From assembly GCA_045597865.1 (NCBI GenBank), contig JAZLKX010000039.1:1-64000 (forward strand): a DNA stretch of 64,000 bases, written 5' to 3'. The position numbers and the translations under genes are program-made. This DNA is from Bacilli bacterium (lineage in GTDB: Bacteria > Bacillota_I > Bacilli_A > RFN20 > CAG-826). Positions 1 through 10,301 of this stretch are shown in pieces. Each line of letters opens with the position of its first letter. Positions within the stretch are counted from its first letter, which is position 1. The notes under the pieces were generated by a model. That model was not told where the DNA came from, did no database searches, and saw only the letters and a program-made list of their open reading frames with translations.

Positions 1-80
1 ATGATTATTATTATACACAAGAAAAGGCTGGTTTTAAATAAAAAATCCAAATAAAAATGATAGGTATATAATTATATATA

Positions 81-401
81 ATGAAAAAAGCGTTTAAGGT
101 TATTAACACATTAACAAATTCAGCAGTTTTTCTTTATGGTGCCTATATTTCAGTTTTATTTATTGGATTAGTAATCGGCCATTTTACAGGAGATGCTGGA
201 AGAGAAGCTGGAAACGGAACATTCTTTATCGTTCTCGATTTATTCTTTATTGGCGGAGCCTTTGTTAATTTACTTCCAAATCTTGTTGGCTTTTTTAAAT
301 TCAGAGGAAAATACCTCACTGCTACATTTATAATTTCTATTGTACTGCTATTACTATCAGTTACAACTTGGATAACAGCGTTCTTCCTTCTTAAGTACTA
401 A
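81..401 (+). CDS. small membrane protein (about 3 TM helices), unknown function
   Basis: 106-aa ORF with hydrophobic stretches; TATAAT 8 nt upstream of the ATG; followed by a hairpin terminator. Confidence 0.7.
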   Translation: MKKAFKVINTLTNSAVFLYGAYISVLFIGLVIGHFTGDAGREAGNGTFFIVLDLFFIGGAFVNLLPNLVGFFKFRGKYLTATFIISIVLLLLSVTTWITAFFLLKY

Positions 402-402
402 T

Positions 403-437
403 AAAAAAAAGTCTGGATTTGAATTCCAGACTTTTTA
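403..437. terminator. bidirectional intrinsic terminator
   Basis: AAAAAGTCTGGA...TCCAGACTTTTT inverted repeat between convergent genes. Confidence 0.8.
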
Positions 438-440
438 ATT

Positions 441-1601
441 TTATAAATTAAGATCGTCAACTTCGAAGACAAGTTCAGCAATTTGCTTTTTAAATCTTTC
501 AAGAAGTTCAGGATGATCTTGGTACTTATCGAATCTATCAATAAGTTGAATGTAACAAAGGATTCTACATTTTTTGATAACAAGTGCAACTTGATCATTT
601 GTGTAGCCATTACAATACATCTCAATTGATTTATTGAAGAAATGGACTAAATGGTCATGTTCAATTCCAAAGAATTGCATTCCATTATCATGATCAATTT
701 CTTGATAACCAACATAGCTTGAATACATAAAACCAAGTTCGAAGATTGGAGAGCCCATTGATAATGTATCCATATCAATAATGAATGGTTCTTCGCCAAT
801 CATCATGACATTTTTAATGTGATAATCGCCATGTAGCATGTGATTATCATCTTTAATTCCCTTAACTAAAGAGATAATTCTATTACCGACATCTTTTGGA
901 AGCATTGGTTGAATTTCTTTAGCCCAGCCAAGAACTTCTTCTTTTTTATCATTTAATTCACCTGGTTTAAGTTCTGCAGCGTGAATTACTTTTAATACAT
1001 CAACAGATTGTTTGACATATTTATCAATATTTCCGACATCAGCAATGATTTTTTCACAAAGTGTTTGAGCATCTAAAAGTTCAAAAACTGAACCATAGAA
1101 TTCACCAACTTTAACAATGTCCATAGGAATTGCGGTTGGAACGCCTAATACGAAAGCTTTTCTTGCAAGTTCTCTTTCATTTTCAATTCTGTCTAGGGTC
1201 ATTGCGTGTGAATAGACCTTAACGATTGTATCTTTTGAGAGTCTATAAATAGTTCCATAGTAGCCGTGTCCAATAACTTTACAGCCTTCAACGGAAATTT
1301 CTCTCATCTTTTTAGAAATCTTCATCATCTCGGTAAAACCGGTCATTTGGAAGATGTCGTAAGATTCAGGAGTTGCATCAACAACTTCTGTGTCTTTACA
1401 TGTTTTTTTAATTTTTAAAATTACTCTTAATCCAGCACTTGAAATGTACTCAAGATAAGAACAATCGATTCTTACTGCTTTAGCATTTGCGACATCGCTA
1501 ATGACTGCAGCTTCGAATTCTGGTGCGTTATTAGCATCAACTTTGCCAATAACTTTAATGCTCAATACACCATCGTCTAATACGTTTTTAATAATATCCA
1601 T
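441..1601 (-). CDS. STAS (anti-sigma antagonist) domain fused to an APH/protein-kinase-like phosphotransferase
   Basis: N-terminal LEYISSAGLR STAS motif; C-terminal IGHGYYGTIY loop, LHGDYHIKN catalytic loop and IIDMD. Confidence 0.85.
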   Translation of the reverse strand: MDIIKNVLDDGVLSIKVIGKVDANNAPEFEAAVISDVANAKAVRIDCSYLEYISSAGLRVILKIKKTCKDTEVVDATPESYDIFQMTGFTEMMKISKKMREISVEGCKVIGHGYYGTIYRLSKDTIVKVYSHAMTLDRIENERELARKAFVLGVPTAIPMDIVKVGEFYGSVFELLDAQTLCEKIIADVGNIDKYVKQSVDVLKVIHAAELKPGELNDKKEEVLGWAKEIQPMLPKDVGNRIISLVKGIKDDNHMLHGDYHIKNVMMIGEEPFIIDMDTLSMGSPIFELGFMYSSYVGYQEIDHDNGMQFFGIEHDHLVHFFNKSIEMYCNGYTNDQVALVIKKCRILCYIQLIDRFDKYQDHPELLERFKKQIAELVFEVDDLNL

Positions 1602-1618
1602 AAAATCAACTTCCTAAA

Positions 1619-2368
1619 TTAATGGTGATTAATTGTTTGAATATTGATAGCATTTGTAACTTTTTCAAGTTCCACTTTCACTACTTCAAGATTAAAATCA
1701 TCTTTCTTTGAAGCTGGGGAAAGTTTAAATGTTGTTTCAATACAATTATCTGCACCATTATTAACGATTTGGCTAGAAACTTCGCTAATAATGTATTCAT
1801 GTTCTTTTGCATAAGCAAGTAGTTTAGTCATAACCGGTTCGCTGTCTTTAGCAAGAACAATAAATTGTGGAGCGCCTTTTGTAACAGCTGTTTCGAGCTT
1901 ACGGAATACAATAAGGACAACCATAACAATGAGTGTTGAAGCAACTGCAAGAATAAAGTTCATAGAACCACAAGCAAGACCGACAGCCATAACAAGCCAT
2001 ACAGTACCAGCAGTAGTTAAACCTTTAATACCGCCTTGGAAATGAATAACACAACCAGCGCCTAAGAAACCAACACCGGTAATAACTTGAGCAGCTAAAC
2101 GAGCAACGTCGCGTTTCTCACCAAATGCTGCTGGGAAACCGTAGATGGATAAAATCATGATGATACAAGAACCAACACCAACCAACATGTGTGTTCTTAA
2201 ACCAGCACTACGTCCTCTTTTTTCTCTTTCAAGACCGATTATTCCACATAAAACAACGCAAAGTATTAATGCAATAGCGCAAAGGATTAAGTTACCCCAT
2301 GGCCAATCTCCGCCTAAACCAAAGTTATTATTGAAATATTCGGCTAATTTTTGATCTATAGTTGTCAT
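1619..2368 (-). CDS. MgtC/SapB family membrane protein
   Basis: GLEREKRGRSAGLRTHMLV, RLAAQVITGVGFLGAG and GLTTA signature motifs. Confidence 0.92.
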   Translation of the reverse strand: MTTIDQKLAEYFNNNFGLGGDWPWGNLILCAIALILCVVLCGIIGLEREKRGRSAGLRTHMLVGVGSCIIMILSIYGFPAAFGEKRDVARLAAQVITGVGFLGAGCVIHFQGGIKGLTTAGTVWLVMAVGLACGSMNFILAVASTLIVMVVLIVFRKLETAVTKGAPQFIVLAKDSEPVMTKLLAYAKEHEYIISEVSSQIVNNGADNCIETTFKLSPASKKDDFNLEVVKVELEKVTNAINIQTINHH

Positions 2369-2494
2369 AAAATTAATCTCCTAACGTATTAATTATAATA
2401 CAAAACAAAGATTTATCAATCTTCTTTGCAATTATTTGTTATTACGTAAAAAATAAATAAAAAAGCCCCCGATTGGGAGCTTTAATATTTTATA

Positions 2495-2869
2495 TTATTT
2501 GCTTTTAATTTTGCCTTTGTTTTGTCCTTTTGAATTATGGACTAACATTTTACCGCCTTGGTTTTCGGCCATTTGTTTTGAATAAGCAATAGCTTCAGCT
2601 TGGGTATCAAATAATTTAATAACCTTTTCACCGCCAGCGAATTTTACTGCCCATTTACCATCTTCTGGTCTTTTTACAACGTGGTAAACTCTTGTGCCTT
2701 CCTTGAGATCTGGTTTCTTGGCTGGTGCCTTTTTAGCAGGAGCAGCTTTCTTAGCAGGAGCAGCTTTCTTTGCTGGTGCTTTCTTGGCTGGTTCCTTCTT
2801 TACAGGTTTTGCCTTTGCTGATTTCTTTGGGGACCCAATTTTTTCGGCTTTTTTCTTAAATAGCGACAT
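2495..2869 (-). CDS. DUF2188-domain protein with a histone-H1-like PAKKA-repeat N-terminus
   Basis: YHVVKRPEDGKWAVK...FDTQAEAI...HNSKG; start placed at ATG 2869 behind an AGGAG RBS. Confidence 0.8.
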   Translation of the reverse strand: MSLFKKKAEKIGSPKKSAKAKPVKKEPAKKAPAKKAAPAKKAAPAKKAPAKKPDLKEGTRVYHVVKRPEDGKWAVKFAGGEKVIKLFDTQAEAIAYSKQMAENQGGKMLVHNSKGQNKGKIKSK

Positions 2870-2969
2870 AGTTTTCTCCTTTAGATAATATAATTTTAGC
2901 AAATATTTAATATATTGCTAGAACATATTTATAATTTGCAAAATAAAAACTGCCAAGGGCAGTCTCTAT

Positions 2970-3395
2970 TTATTCAGCTCTTCTTTTGAGAAGATAGCCG
3001 ACTGGAAGAGCAAGTCCTCCAAGAATCATAATGCCGCTTAACACGAACATTACAACTAATAACCAAACATTTTGTAAAACAGTAATATCAGCAGGATTTG
3101 CTGGATTTACTCTAATGGAAATTGTGTCCAAGAGTTGTGCATTTGGTTGGAAGTTCTTGATTGTAACAAGTGGGAAATCAATATTGTCATAAATGTAAGA
3201 AATAACACAATCTTTTCCGCTTTGTCCAATGTATTTTGCTCCAACTTCTGGCCAGAATAATGCTTTGCCAAAAACTGTTAAAGTTAAAACAAGCATTGCG
3301 GCACCGAATGCAACTAAAAGGGCTGTAAATATTACAACCATTCTTAATTCAGACTTTCTTTCGTTTTCTTCCATAAGTTCGATTGATTGTAGCAT
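2970..3395 (-). CDS. two-TM membrane protein (DUF3592-like architecture)
   Basis: N- and C-terminal TM helices around a small soluble domain (ISIRVNPANP); start codon uncertain. Confidence 0.6.
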   Translation of the reverse strand: MLQSIELMEENERKSELRMVVIFTALLVAFGAAMLVLTLTVFGKALFWPEVGAKYIGQSGKDCVISYIYDNIDFPLVTIKNFQPNAQLLDTISIRVNPANPADITVLQNVWLLVVMFVLSGIMILGGLALPVGYLLKRRAE

Positions 3396-3452
3396 TATTT
3401 TATAATGTTGGCAATATATTTCGGCAATGAGATTAATCTCATTTTAAAAGCA

Positions 3453-3965
3453 CTATTTAACAATAATGTTAATTTTCTCCTTGCTTTTCACATCAATTTT
3501 CACGCCTTCTTTTCGGTAGCCAAGAGCAACTGATCCCACCACTCGATGATCATCAGGAATGCCTAAAGATTTTCTTAGTTTTTTGCCTTCTTTTGCGGCC
3601 AAAAGTTCATCAAATTGGTTAATCCAACAAGAGTCGATTTTTAGTGAGGTTGCAGCCACCATCATATTTTCGATGATGCATGAGCAATCTTGAGCACAAA
3701 AAGAGTCTTCTCTTGGCGCATGAACTAGTACAATAGTACTAGCACCATACATAACGTCTCTACTCATTAAGTGTTTTGAAAGGTCTCTAATTTTGTTAAT
3801 GTAGACACCTTTTCTAACTGCTGTTATGTCAGCAATTTGGCGGTTGCATGCACTTGGTGCAGCTTGCCCTGCTTCAAGAATCATTTGAAGCTTTTTAAGT
3901 GAAACCTTTTTGTCAGAATAGTCTCTACAAGAGACACGACTTTTAATTACATCAATTGTTTTCAT
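3453..3965 (-). CDS. nitroreductase family protein
   Basis: IKSRVSCRDY, AAPSACNRQ and ENMMVAATSLKIDSCW motifs. Confidence 0.92.
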   Translation of the reverse strand: MKTIDVIKSRVSCRDYSDKKVSLKKLQMILEAGQAAPSACNRQIADITAVRKGVYINKIRDLSKHLMSRDVMYGASTIVLVHAPREDSFCAQDCSCIIENMMVAATSLKIDSCWINQFDELLAAKEGKKLRKSLGIPDDHRVVGSVALGYRKEGVKIDVKSKEKINIIVK

Positions 3966-3967
3966 AA

Positions 3968-5488
3968 TTATTTAGCAACATAAGCTCCCGCAATACATGT
4001 TTTTTGCATATGTGGGCATGCAAAACCTAATAAATCGATTTCGATACCTTTACATGCATCTACAGCAATACCAATGGATCTAGAAACATATCTAATACCA
4101 TTATCAACTAAATTAAGTAAATCGACAGCTTTATCCTTTGATGTAGAAGATACAACAATAGCTGTTCCTGCAAATTTTAAAATTGTAATAGGTCTTGTGT
4201 AATACTCAACAATGTATGGACTTGATGAAGAAGAAATTGGATCTTCATTTTCAACAACTTGTGCATATGCACAGTTTAAAAGATTTGCATTTTTAATTTC
4301 TTCGTCCATTTTTTTCTTTAATTCATTAGCGACCTCTAATGATTCACATAATTCGTATTCAGATACTTCCGGATCTTTTTCACGATATTCGTAAAGATCT
4401 TCTCTTGAAATGAAAAGTTGTTCAGAAAGATTATCTAAAATAGCTAGATTTTCTAAACTATTACCACTGAAATCGTGATTAAATAAAGATTTATAATAAT
4501 CATTATTTTCTACCAAATCGTAATTTAGTATGGTCCCATAGCTTGTGAATCCCATAAATTTGAACGGGAATTTACAAACAAAATCGTTTACAGAATCAAC
4601 ATTAAAGATGTTTGTGTAACTTTTAAGTATTGCTTCATCACTTTCAGTTGTAGTTCTTGGACCATTAAATGCATAAACTACAGATTTAACGTTGTTATCT
4701 TTTAATTTCTTTCCAATTAAGTTAGAAATAGAAGCACCACGGCTATGGCCAGTAACTAAAACGATTTGTTCTTTATAAGAAGAATCATTTACTGAGTTTA
4801 AGTATTCATTAATCTGTGAGAATGCTCTATTAGCAGTAATATCGAATCCCTTGTGGTGTTTCTTGTTTGTCCATTCCGGATGCTCTGAACCACTACAATC
4901 TAAATAAGCTTGTGTGTCTGCACCAATATCAAAGTTTGAATGCCAGCTTGTACGTTCTGGATAACCTTCAATCGAAACAACCACTACTTGGTAATCGTTA
5001 TCATTATATTCAAAGACGTGATTTCCTAAATACAAAGAAACAACATCATATGGATCTACTTCACTTGTTTTAGGTACAACGCGTTTAACGTCATTAAAGC
5101 CAAATTGAACAAGTGCTGGATTAATTTCACTTTCTTCATTTGTGTATTTATTCACTTCTCCAATTGTCCAATTTGGTCTTGAAGATAAATACGAATAATT
5201 TGATATGACCGCACACATTTGTGCTAAATCTTTATTATATGAAGGGTTTCCTTCAAAAACAAAATTCCTATAATCTACGGTAATAACAATTTCATTTGAT
5301 GCCACACCATATGTTGAGTCATTAATAACAAATCTAGATTTATTATCTTCTGGGGCAGAATCTAAGGCATCATAGATACCGTCAAAATCTTTATCGCTAA
5401 AAAGTTCTTCAATAGCTTCTTCATCATCACAAGACACAAGAGGAACAATTGCAGCAGCTAAAAGCAAAAAAGAAACAAGCTTCTTCAT
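3968..5488 (-). CDS. lipoprotein lipase (class 3 alpha/beta hydrolase)
   Basis: lipobox LVSC; HKGF and VTGHSRG nucleophile elbow; DFV motif. Confidence 0.8.
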   Translation of the reverse strand: MKKLVSFLLLAAAIVPLVSCDDEEAIEELFSDKDFDGIYDALDSAPEDNKSRFVINDSTYGVASNEIVITVDYRNFVFEGNPSYNKDLAQMCAVISNYSYLSSRPNWTIGEVNKYTNEESEINPALVQFGFNDVKRVVPKTSEVDPYDVVSLYLGNHVFEYNDNDYQVVVVSIEGYPERTSWHSNFDIGADTQAYLDCSGSEHPEWTNKKHHKGFDITANRAFSQINEYLNSVNDSSYKEQIVLVTGHSRGASISNLIGKKLKDNNVKSVVYAFNGPRTTTESDEAILKSYTNIFNVDSVNDFVCKFPFKFMGFTSYGTILNYDLVENNDYYKSLFNHDFSGNSLENLAILDNLSEQLFISREDLYEYREKDPEVSEYELCESLEVANELKKKMDEEIKNANLLNCAYAQVVENEDPISSSSSPYIVEYYTRPITILKFAGTAIVVSSTSKDKAVDLLNLVDNGIRYVSRSIGIAVDACKGIEIDLLGFACPHMQKTCIAGAYVAK

Positions 5489-5490
5489 GC

Positions 5491-6039
5491 TTATTTCTTC
5501 CAGAAAGCGACAAATTCATCGCTTTTCATAACTTTAGCACCATAAACCTCTTTGAGGTATTTGATGCCAATATTGTAGTCTTCTTCAGTAAATGCATCAG
5601 TACAATCGCTTGCAACTTCGACTTCATAACCAAGTTGGAATGCATCAGCAGCAGTATGTCTACAGCACATATGTGCATGTAAACCAGTAATAATGACTGT
5701 ATCAACGCCTAATTCTTTAAGTAATGCATCCATACTTGTTTGGAAGAATCCAGAATAACGTTTTTTAGGAACAACAAAGTCGACCTTTGTATCAAGTTTT
5801 AATTCTGGGATAACTTCAGCACCTTTTGTGCCTTCAACAGCGTGTGGACCCCAAACTTTGAATTCTCTGTCAATTACTGGGGTGTGGCAGTCATTTGCGA
5901 AAATAACTGGTACACCTGCTTTTCTTGCCTCGTCTAAAAACTTTGCAAGATGTGGGACAATTGCTTTGCCTCTATCACATGCTAATGCACCAGTGACAAA
6001 GTCATTAAGCATATCAACAACAATAATAGCTTCTTTCAT
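5491..6039 (-). CDS. isochorismatase/nicotinamidase-family cysteine hydrolase
   Basis: VVDMLNDF, DCH, WGPH, KKRYSGF and catalytic Cys in HMCC. Confidence 0.92.
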   Translation of the reverse strand: MKEAIIVVDMLNDFVTGALACDRGKAIVPHLAKFLDEARKAGVPVIFANDCHTPVIDREFKVWGPHAVEGTKGAEVIPELKLDTKVDFVVPKKRYSGFFQTSMDALLKELGVDTVIITGLHAHMCCRHTAADAFQLGYEVEVASDCTDAFTEEDYNIGIKYLKEVYGAKVMKSDEFVAFWKK

Positions 6040-6059
6040 ATATATGAATCTCCTTTATA

Positions 6060-7073
6060 TTAAAGTGGTAAATCTTTCTTAGTAAATTTAATTCCGCCAA
6101 TAAGAGCGAAAATAACACCAATACCGGCAAGAATTCCGAGTTCCCATAACCAATCAAGGGACATTGTAACATTTGCGACACCGTTAATTGCTTTAGCAAA
6201 GTTAGACATAGATTCGGTATCGATAAGTGTATAAAGTGATAAGTAATTGAAAACATTCATAGCTTCAACACCAACACCAACAGAAACGAATACTTTGTTT
6301 CCGAATAAACCTAAGATACAGCAAAGGAATGCTAAAACACATGCACCACCACCAATTGCAACTGAATTGTTAGATTTGTTAAACCAGCAAGATGCACCAA
6401 ATGCGATACCAGTTAAAGCAAACATAGCAACAAAGCTACCAAAGCAATAAAGCAATGTTCTAACAGTAAATGCACCAAATGGAAGGCCTGATGGCTTGGT
6501 AATAAGCCAAGCAATAGCACCTGAAACGTAGGCGCCAAGCGCAATAACAAGGTACATAGCAAATAAAGATGCAACCATAAATGCGTATTGAGTTCTAACA
6601 ACTTTCTTACGATTTGTTGGGGTTGATAAAATATAAGCCATTGATCCATCGCTAACTTGAGCTGCTACTAGTTTATTACATGTAAGCATAACGTAAATCA
6701 TTGGGAGTAAAACACCTGCAATCTTATAAATAAGATCATTCATAACAGAGTTCATATCAATTTGAGACATTGTTTGAATACGGTTAAGATTAAATCCCAT
6801 TTTGTCTAATAATCCTAAAATTTCAAACCAGGACATCTTTTCATCTTTAACGTATGCTGCGACAGCATTCATATCAATATTAACGAAGATTTGTTTTGTG
6901 CCAACAACAAGGTTAATAACAACGAAGATTAAAGCTGAACCAAGTGTTAATGTAAGCCATAAACCAAGGTTTGATTTAATGCTTTGTCTAAATAAAGGTT
7001 TTGAGAAGAATGATTTTCTAGGTTTAGACACTTCTTCTTCAACTTTTTCTTCAACTGCACTATTTGTTTTCAT
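6060..7073 (-). CDS. ABC-2 type exporter permease
   Basis: multi-TM; GSMAYILSTPTNR motif; C-terminal FTKKDLPL. Confidence 0.88.
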   Translation of the reverse strand: MKTNSAVEEKVEEEVSKPRKSFFSKPLFRQSIKSNLGLWLTLTLGSALIFVVINLVVGTKQIFVNIDMNAVAAYVKDEKMSWFEILGLLDKMGFNLNRIQTMSQIDMNSVMNDLIYKIAGVLLPMIYVMLTCNKLVAAQVSDGSMAYILSTPTNRKKVVRTQYAFMVASLFAMYLVIALGAYVSGAIAWLITKPSGLPFGAFTVRTLLYCFGSFVAMFALTGIAFGASCWFNKSNNSVAIGGGACVLAFLCCILGLFGNKVFVSVGVGVEAMNVFNYLSLYTLIDTESMSNFAKAINGVANVTMSLDWLWELGILAGIGVIFALIGGIKFTKKDLPL

Positions 7074-8031
7074 TGCTTAGCCCTCCTATAACGTTTTCCA
7101 TAAAGTACTTTTCTAATGTGTACTGCATTTCTTTAATGATTTTAATATTGAATTTAGATAATTCTTTGAACATTCCATCAAGTTTCTCATTTGGAACTTT
7201 TACTATGTAACATAGATGTTCTTCATCTTTGAGAATTACTTCAACTTGCGATGTATCAGCAGCGTCGAAGTCTTCTTTCTTTTTAAACCCAATGAGGAAC
7301 TCTCTAAATGGACGATCATGAATTTCTTCCATATCAACAATGTCCACTATTCTTCCATCTTTGATGAAGGCGACATAATCACATGTTTCCTCTAATTCAT
7401 CAAACATATGGTTGGACATAACGATTGTTGCACCTCTAGCCTTTTCTTCTTTAATAATATTAATGAAGGCTTCTCTCATAAGAGGATCAAGGCCTGTTGT
7501 AGGTTCATCAAGAAGGATGATTTCTGGTGAATGCATGAATGCTGCAACAAGAGCTGTTTTTTGCTTCATACCCTTAGACATACGCTTTAAATTGGCCGTT
7601 GGGTCAAGCTGTAAGGCATTAATAATACGTTCAGCTTTACTCATGTCAGTAACTCCTAACATTTCAGCTTGGAAATTTAGGAATTCGCTACCACTTTCTA
7701 AAGGTGGGAAGGCGATTTCACCTGGAAGATAGCCAATAACCTTTTTAATTTCTTCAGCGTTCTTCCAAGAATCAAGCCCATTTACTTTGACATAGCCGCT
7801 ATCGGGCTTTAAAAAACCCATAATGTGGCGTAATGTTGTGGTTTTACCAGCACCATTAGTGCCACAATAGCCTAAGGTTTTGCCTCTAGGAACGACAAAC
7901 GAGACATCAAAGACGCCTCTGCCTTTTCCATAATCCTTAGTTAGGTGTGAAACCTCAATAGCAATATCTTTTTCGGAGAACTTCTTTAAGCTTTGAGCGT
8001 GTTCATAAATATCTTTTTCTTTTTTAGCCAT
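7060..8031 (-). CDS. ABC transporter ATP-binding protein
   Basis: Walker A GTNGAGKT, signature MSKGM, LLDEPTTGLDP. Confidence 0.95.
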   Translation of the reverse strand: MAKKEKDIYEHAQSLKKFSEKDIAIEVSHLTKDYGKGRGVFDVSFVVPRGKTLGYCGTNGAGKTTTLRHIMGFLKPDSGYVKVNGLDSWKNAEEIKKVIGYLPGEIAFPPLESGSEFLNFQAEMLGVTDMSKAERIINALQLDPTANLKRMSKGMKQKTALVAAFMHSPEIILLDEPTTGLDPLMREAFINIIKEEKARGATIVMSNHMFDELEETCDYVAFIKDGRIVDIVDMEEIHDRPFREFLIGFKKKEDFDAADTSQVEVILKDEEHLCYIVKVPNEKLDGMFKELSKFNIKIIKEMQYTLEKYFMENVIGGLSNENK

Positions 8032-8042
8032 ACTTAGTCCTC

Positions 8043-9002
8043 CTATTTCTTATTACCAACTACACCACCAAGGCCACCAAATGTCTTGTCTTCTTTATAG
8101 AAGGACATAAAGTAATCTTGAAGTGTAAATGGTTTTTCCATAAATGTATCGAGTTTGATATCTAACATGGAGTCAATAAACTTCTTATAGTATTTTTCAT
8201 CAAACTTAACCATAACTGTGTAACGTAAATCGTTTTTCTTAACAATCTCAAATGGACATTTAGCAAGATACTTTTCGTAGTTTGCTTTATCTTTCATACG
8301 CAATACGTATACCTTGGTTGAGATTTTCTTAACATCTTCAGCATTAAATGTTGAGACGTGTTTTCCGTCCTTAATGATTGAAATCATGTCGCATGTAGCT
8401 TCTACTTCACTAAAGATGTGGCTAGAAAGAAGAATGGTTTTACCACGTTTCTTCTCTTCAACGACAAACTTAATGAAAACTTGTTGCATAACAGGATCAA
8501 GTCCAGATGTTGGTTCATCAAGAATTAAAACATCAGGATCGTTCATGAATGCTGCAACAACAGCAAGTTTACGTTTGTCACCAAGTGACATTTCTTTAAC
8601 CATTGGAGATGGGTCAAGTTTAAATAAGTTGAGTAGGTAATTTAAACGTTCAGCGTTTGCTTCTCCTCTCATATCTTGCATCATTTTAATAAATCCCCAG
8701 CCATTAAGACCTGCAGGAATGGATGGCTCGCCAGGGAGATAACCAACCTTTCCTAATACTTCATCTGTTCTACCAAAAGTATCGATACCAAAGATTTGAG
8801 TTTTGCCTGTTGTTGGCTTAGAAAAACCCATGATATGACGAATGGTTGTGGATTTTCCAGCACCATTAGGGCCTAAATAACCATAACATTCGCCTTTATG
8901 AACTTTAATTGAGACATCAAAAACACCACGTCCGAAACCGTAATCTTTAGTTAGGTTTTCAACGTTAATAATGACAGGTTCTTTTGAAAAGTCCTTCTTC
9001 AT
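8043..9002 (-). CDS. ABC transporter ATP-binding protein (paralog of the downstream gene)
   Basis: Walker A GPNGAGKS, LILDEPTSGLDP, SSH. Confidence 0.95.
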   Translation of the reverse strand: MKKDFSKEPVIINVENLTKDYGFGRGVFDVSIKVHKGECYGYLGPNGAGKSTTIRHIMGFSKPTTGKTQIFGIDTFGRTDEVLGKVGYLPGEPSIPAGLNGWGFIKMMQDMRGEANAERLNYLLNLFKLDPSPMVKEMSLGDKRKLAVVAAFMNDPDVLILDEPTSGLDPVMQQVFIKFVVEEKKRGKTILLSSHIFSEVEATCDMISIIKDGKHVSTFNAEDVKKISTKVYVLRMKDKANYEKYLAKCPFEIVKKNDLRYTVMVKFDEKYYKKFIDSMLDIKLDTFMEKPFTLQDYFMSFYKEDKTFGGLGGVVGNKK

Positions 9003-9003
9003 G

Positions 9004-10287
9004 TTATTTTTCCTTTGCTAAATTAACTTTAATATCGTGGAAATCTCTAAACACAAATGGTTTCTTGTAGAATTCTTTAATATTCACTTCTTCATCTGCT
9101 AAAGTCTTTAAATCGCAGTGATACAAAATTTCGCCTTCGTATGGTTCTTTAAAGATTTGCATATTTAATACAGCATCTTTTGAGAAATTGTAATCAAGAA
9201 TACCAATATCTTGTTTTAAAATGACTGAATGAATGCCATTTTCAAGTGGTTCTCCAAATGGGTAGAAATAAAGGTTTTCACCATCTTCTTTATAAATGGA
9301 ACCAATCTTTTCTCCTGCAACACCTTCATTGTTTTCGTACACGAAAGTATTTGAGAAAACACCTTTGTATTTATTATTCATATCATCAATTTCAGATTTT
9401 TTAGTTGATCCATCTTCGTGAAGTTCAACAATTGGATGTGAACCATAACGTTTAATCCAATCAGCTTCACCTGGTAATGGAGAAATTGCAGTTAAATCTT
9501 TTACTTTTACTGTATCTAAGAAAGTTTCGAGGTCAGCTTTTTTAATTAAATCGAGTAAGTCATTAACAGTATTAACTTTTTCTCTTAGATATGGATCATA
9601 GTCTAAATATGTACCATACCATGCGAGTTGCATTTGAATGTCATCAAGAGAAATTGGCATTTGAAGCGTCATTTGTTTTTGATTAACGTATGCCACAACA
9701 AAGTTTGAGACAACATCTGTAATTTCAAATCCAGCATCCTTTAAGAATGGGTTAACAAATCCTGAATCAATACCTAATTGAACTTTTTTGCCATATTTTT
9801 CATCAACTAAATCATCAAGAACATTATAAAAACCATCAAGCTCTATCGGTTTTTTAGGATCAATTTCTGGTACTTCAATGTTTTCGGTTTCGCTATTGAT
9901 TACTGGCGACTCGTCTATTTCAGCACCATCAATATCGATATCACTGATTAAATCGCCAACTAAATCACCCATTGCCATAATGCCTTGAAGATTTTCAATT
10001 GCAGAATTCTTTTCTGAATCATTTTCGCTAGCATTTCCACTCATTTCAAACTTTGCGTGGAATTGTTCACGGTTTTGAATCTTTTCAATGTCTTCAGCTT
10101 CGTAATATTGTTTATTCTTTTCGGGAATAACAAATTTGTCTTCTTTTAAAGACATTTCAACGCTAACACGTGTTTCGTCTTCTCCTTGCTTACCCATTAA
10201 GAATTTGTAGCTTCCATAGTAGCTGGATTCGCCACAAGAAGCTAAACAGGCAGAAGCAAGCATTAATAACGGTAATACTTTTTTCAT
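9004..10287 (-). CDS. lipoprotein of unknown function
   Basis: lipobox LASC; GGAG RBS; 427-aa acidic ORF within an operon. Confidence 0.75.
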   Translation of the reverse strand: MKKVLPLLMLASACLASCGESSYYGSYKFLMGKQGEDETRVSVEMSLKEDKFVIPEKNKQYYEAEDIEKIQNREQFHAKFEMSGNASENDSEKNSAIENLQGIMAMGDLVGDLISDIDIDGAEIDESPVINSETENIEVPEIDPKKPIELDGFYNVLDDLVDEKYGKKVQLGIDSGFVNPFLKDAGFEITDVVSNFVVAYVNQKQMTLQMPISLDDIQMQLAWYGTYLDYDPYLREKVNTVNDLLDLIKKADLETFLDTVKVKDLTAISPLPGEADWIKRYGSHPIVELHEDGSTKKSEIDDMNNKYKGVFSNTFVYENNEGVAGEKIGSIYKEDGENLYFYPFGEPLENGIHSVILKQDIGILDYNFSKDAVLNMQIFKEPYEGEILYHCDLKTLADEEVNIKEFYKKPFVFRDFHDIKVNLAKEK

Positions 10288-10301
10288 ATATGACCTCCTA
10301 A

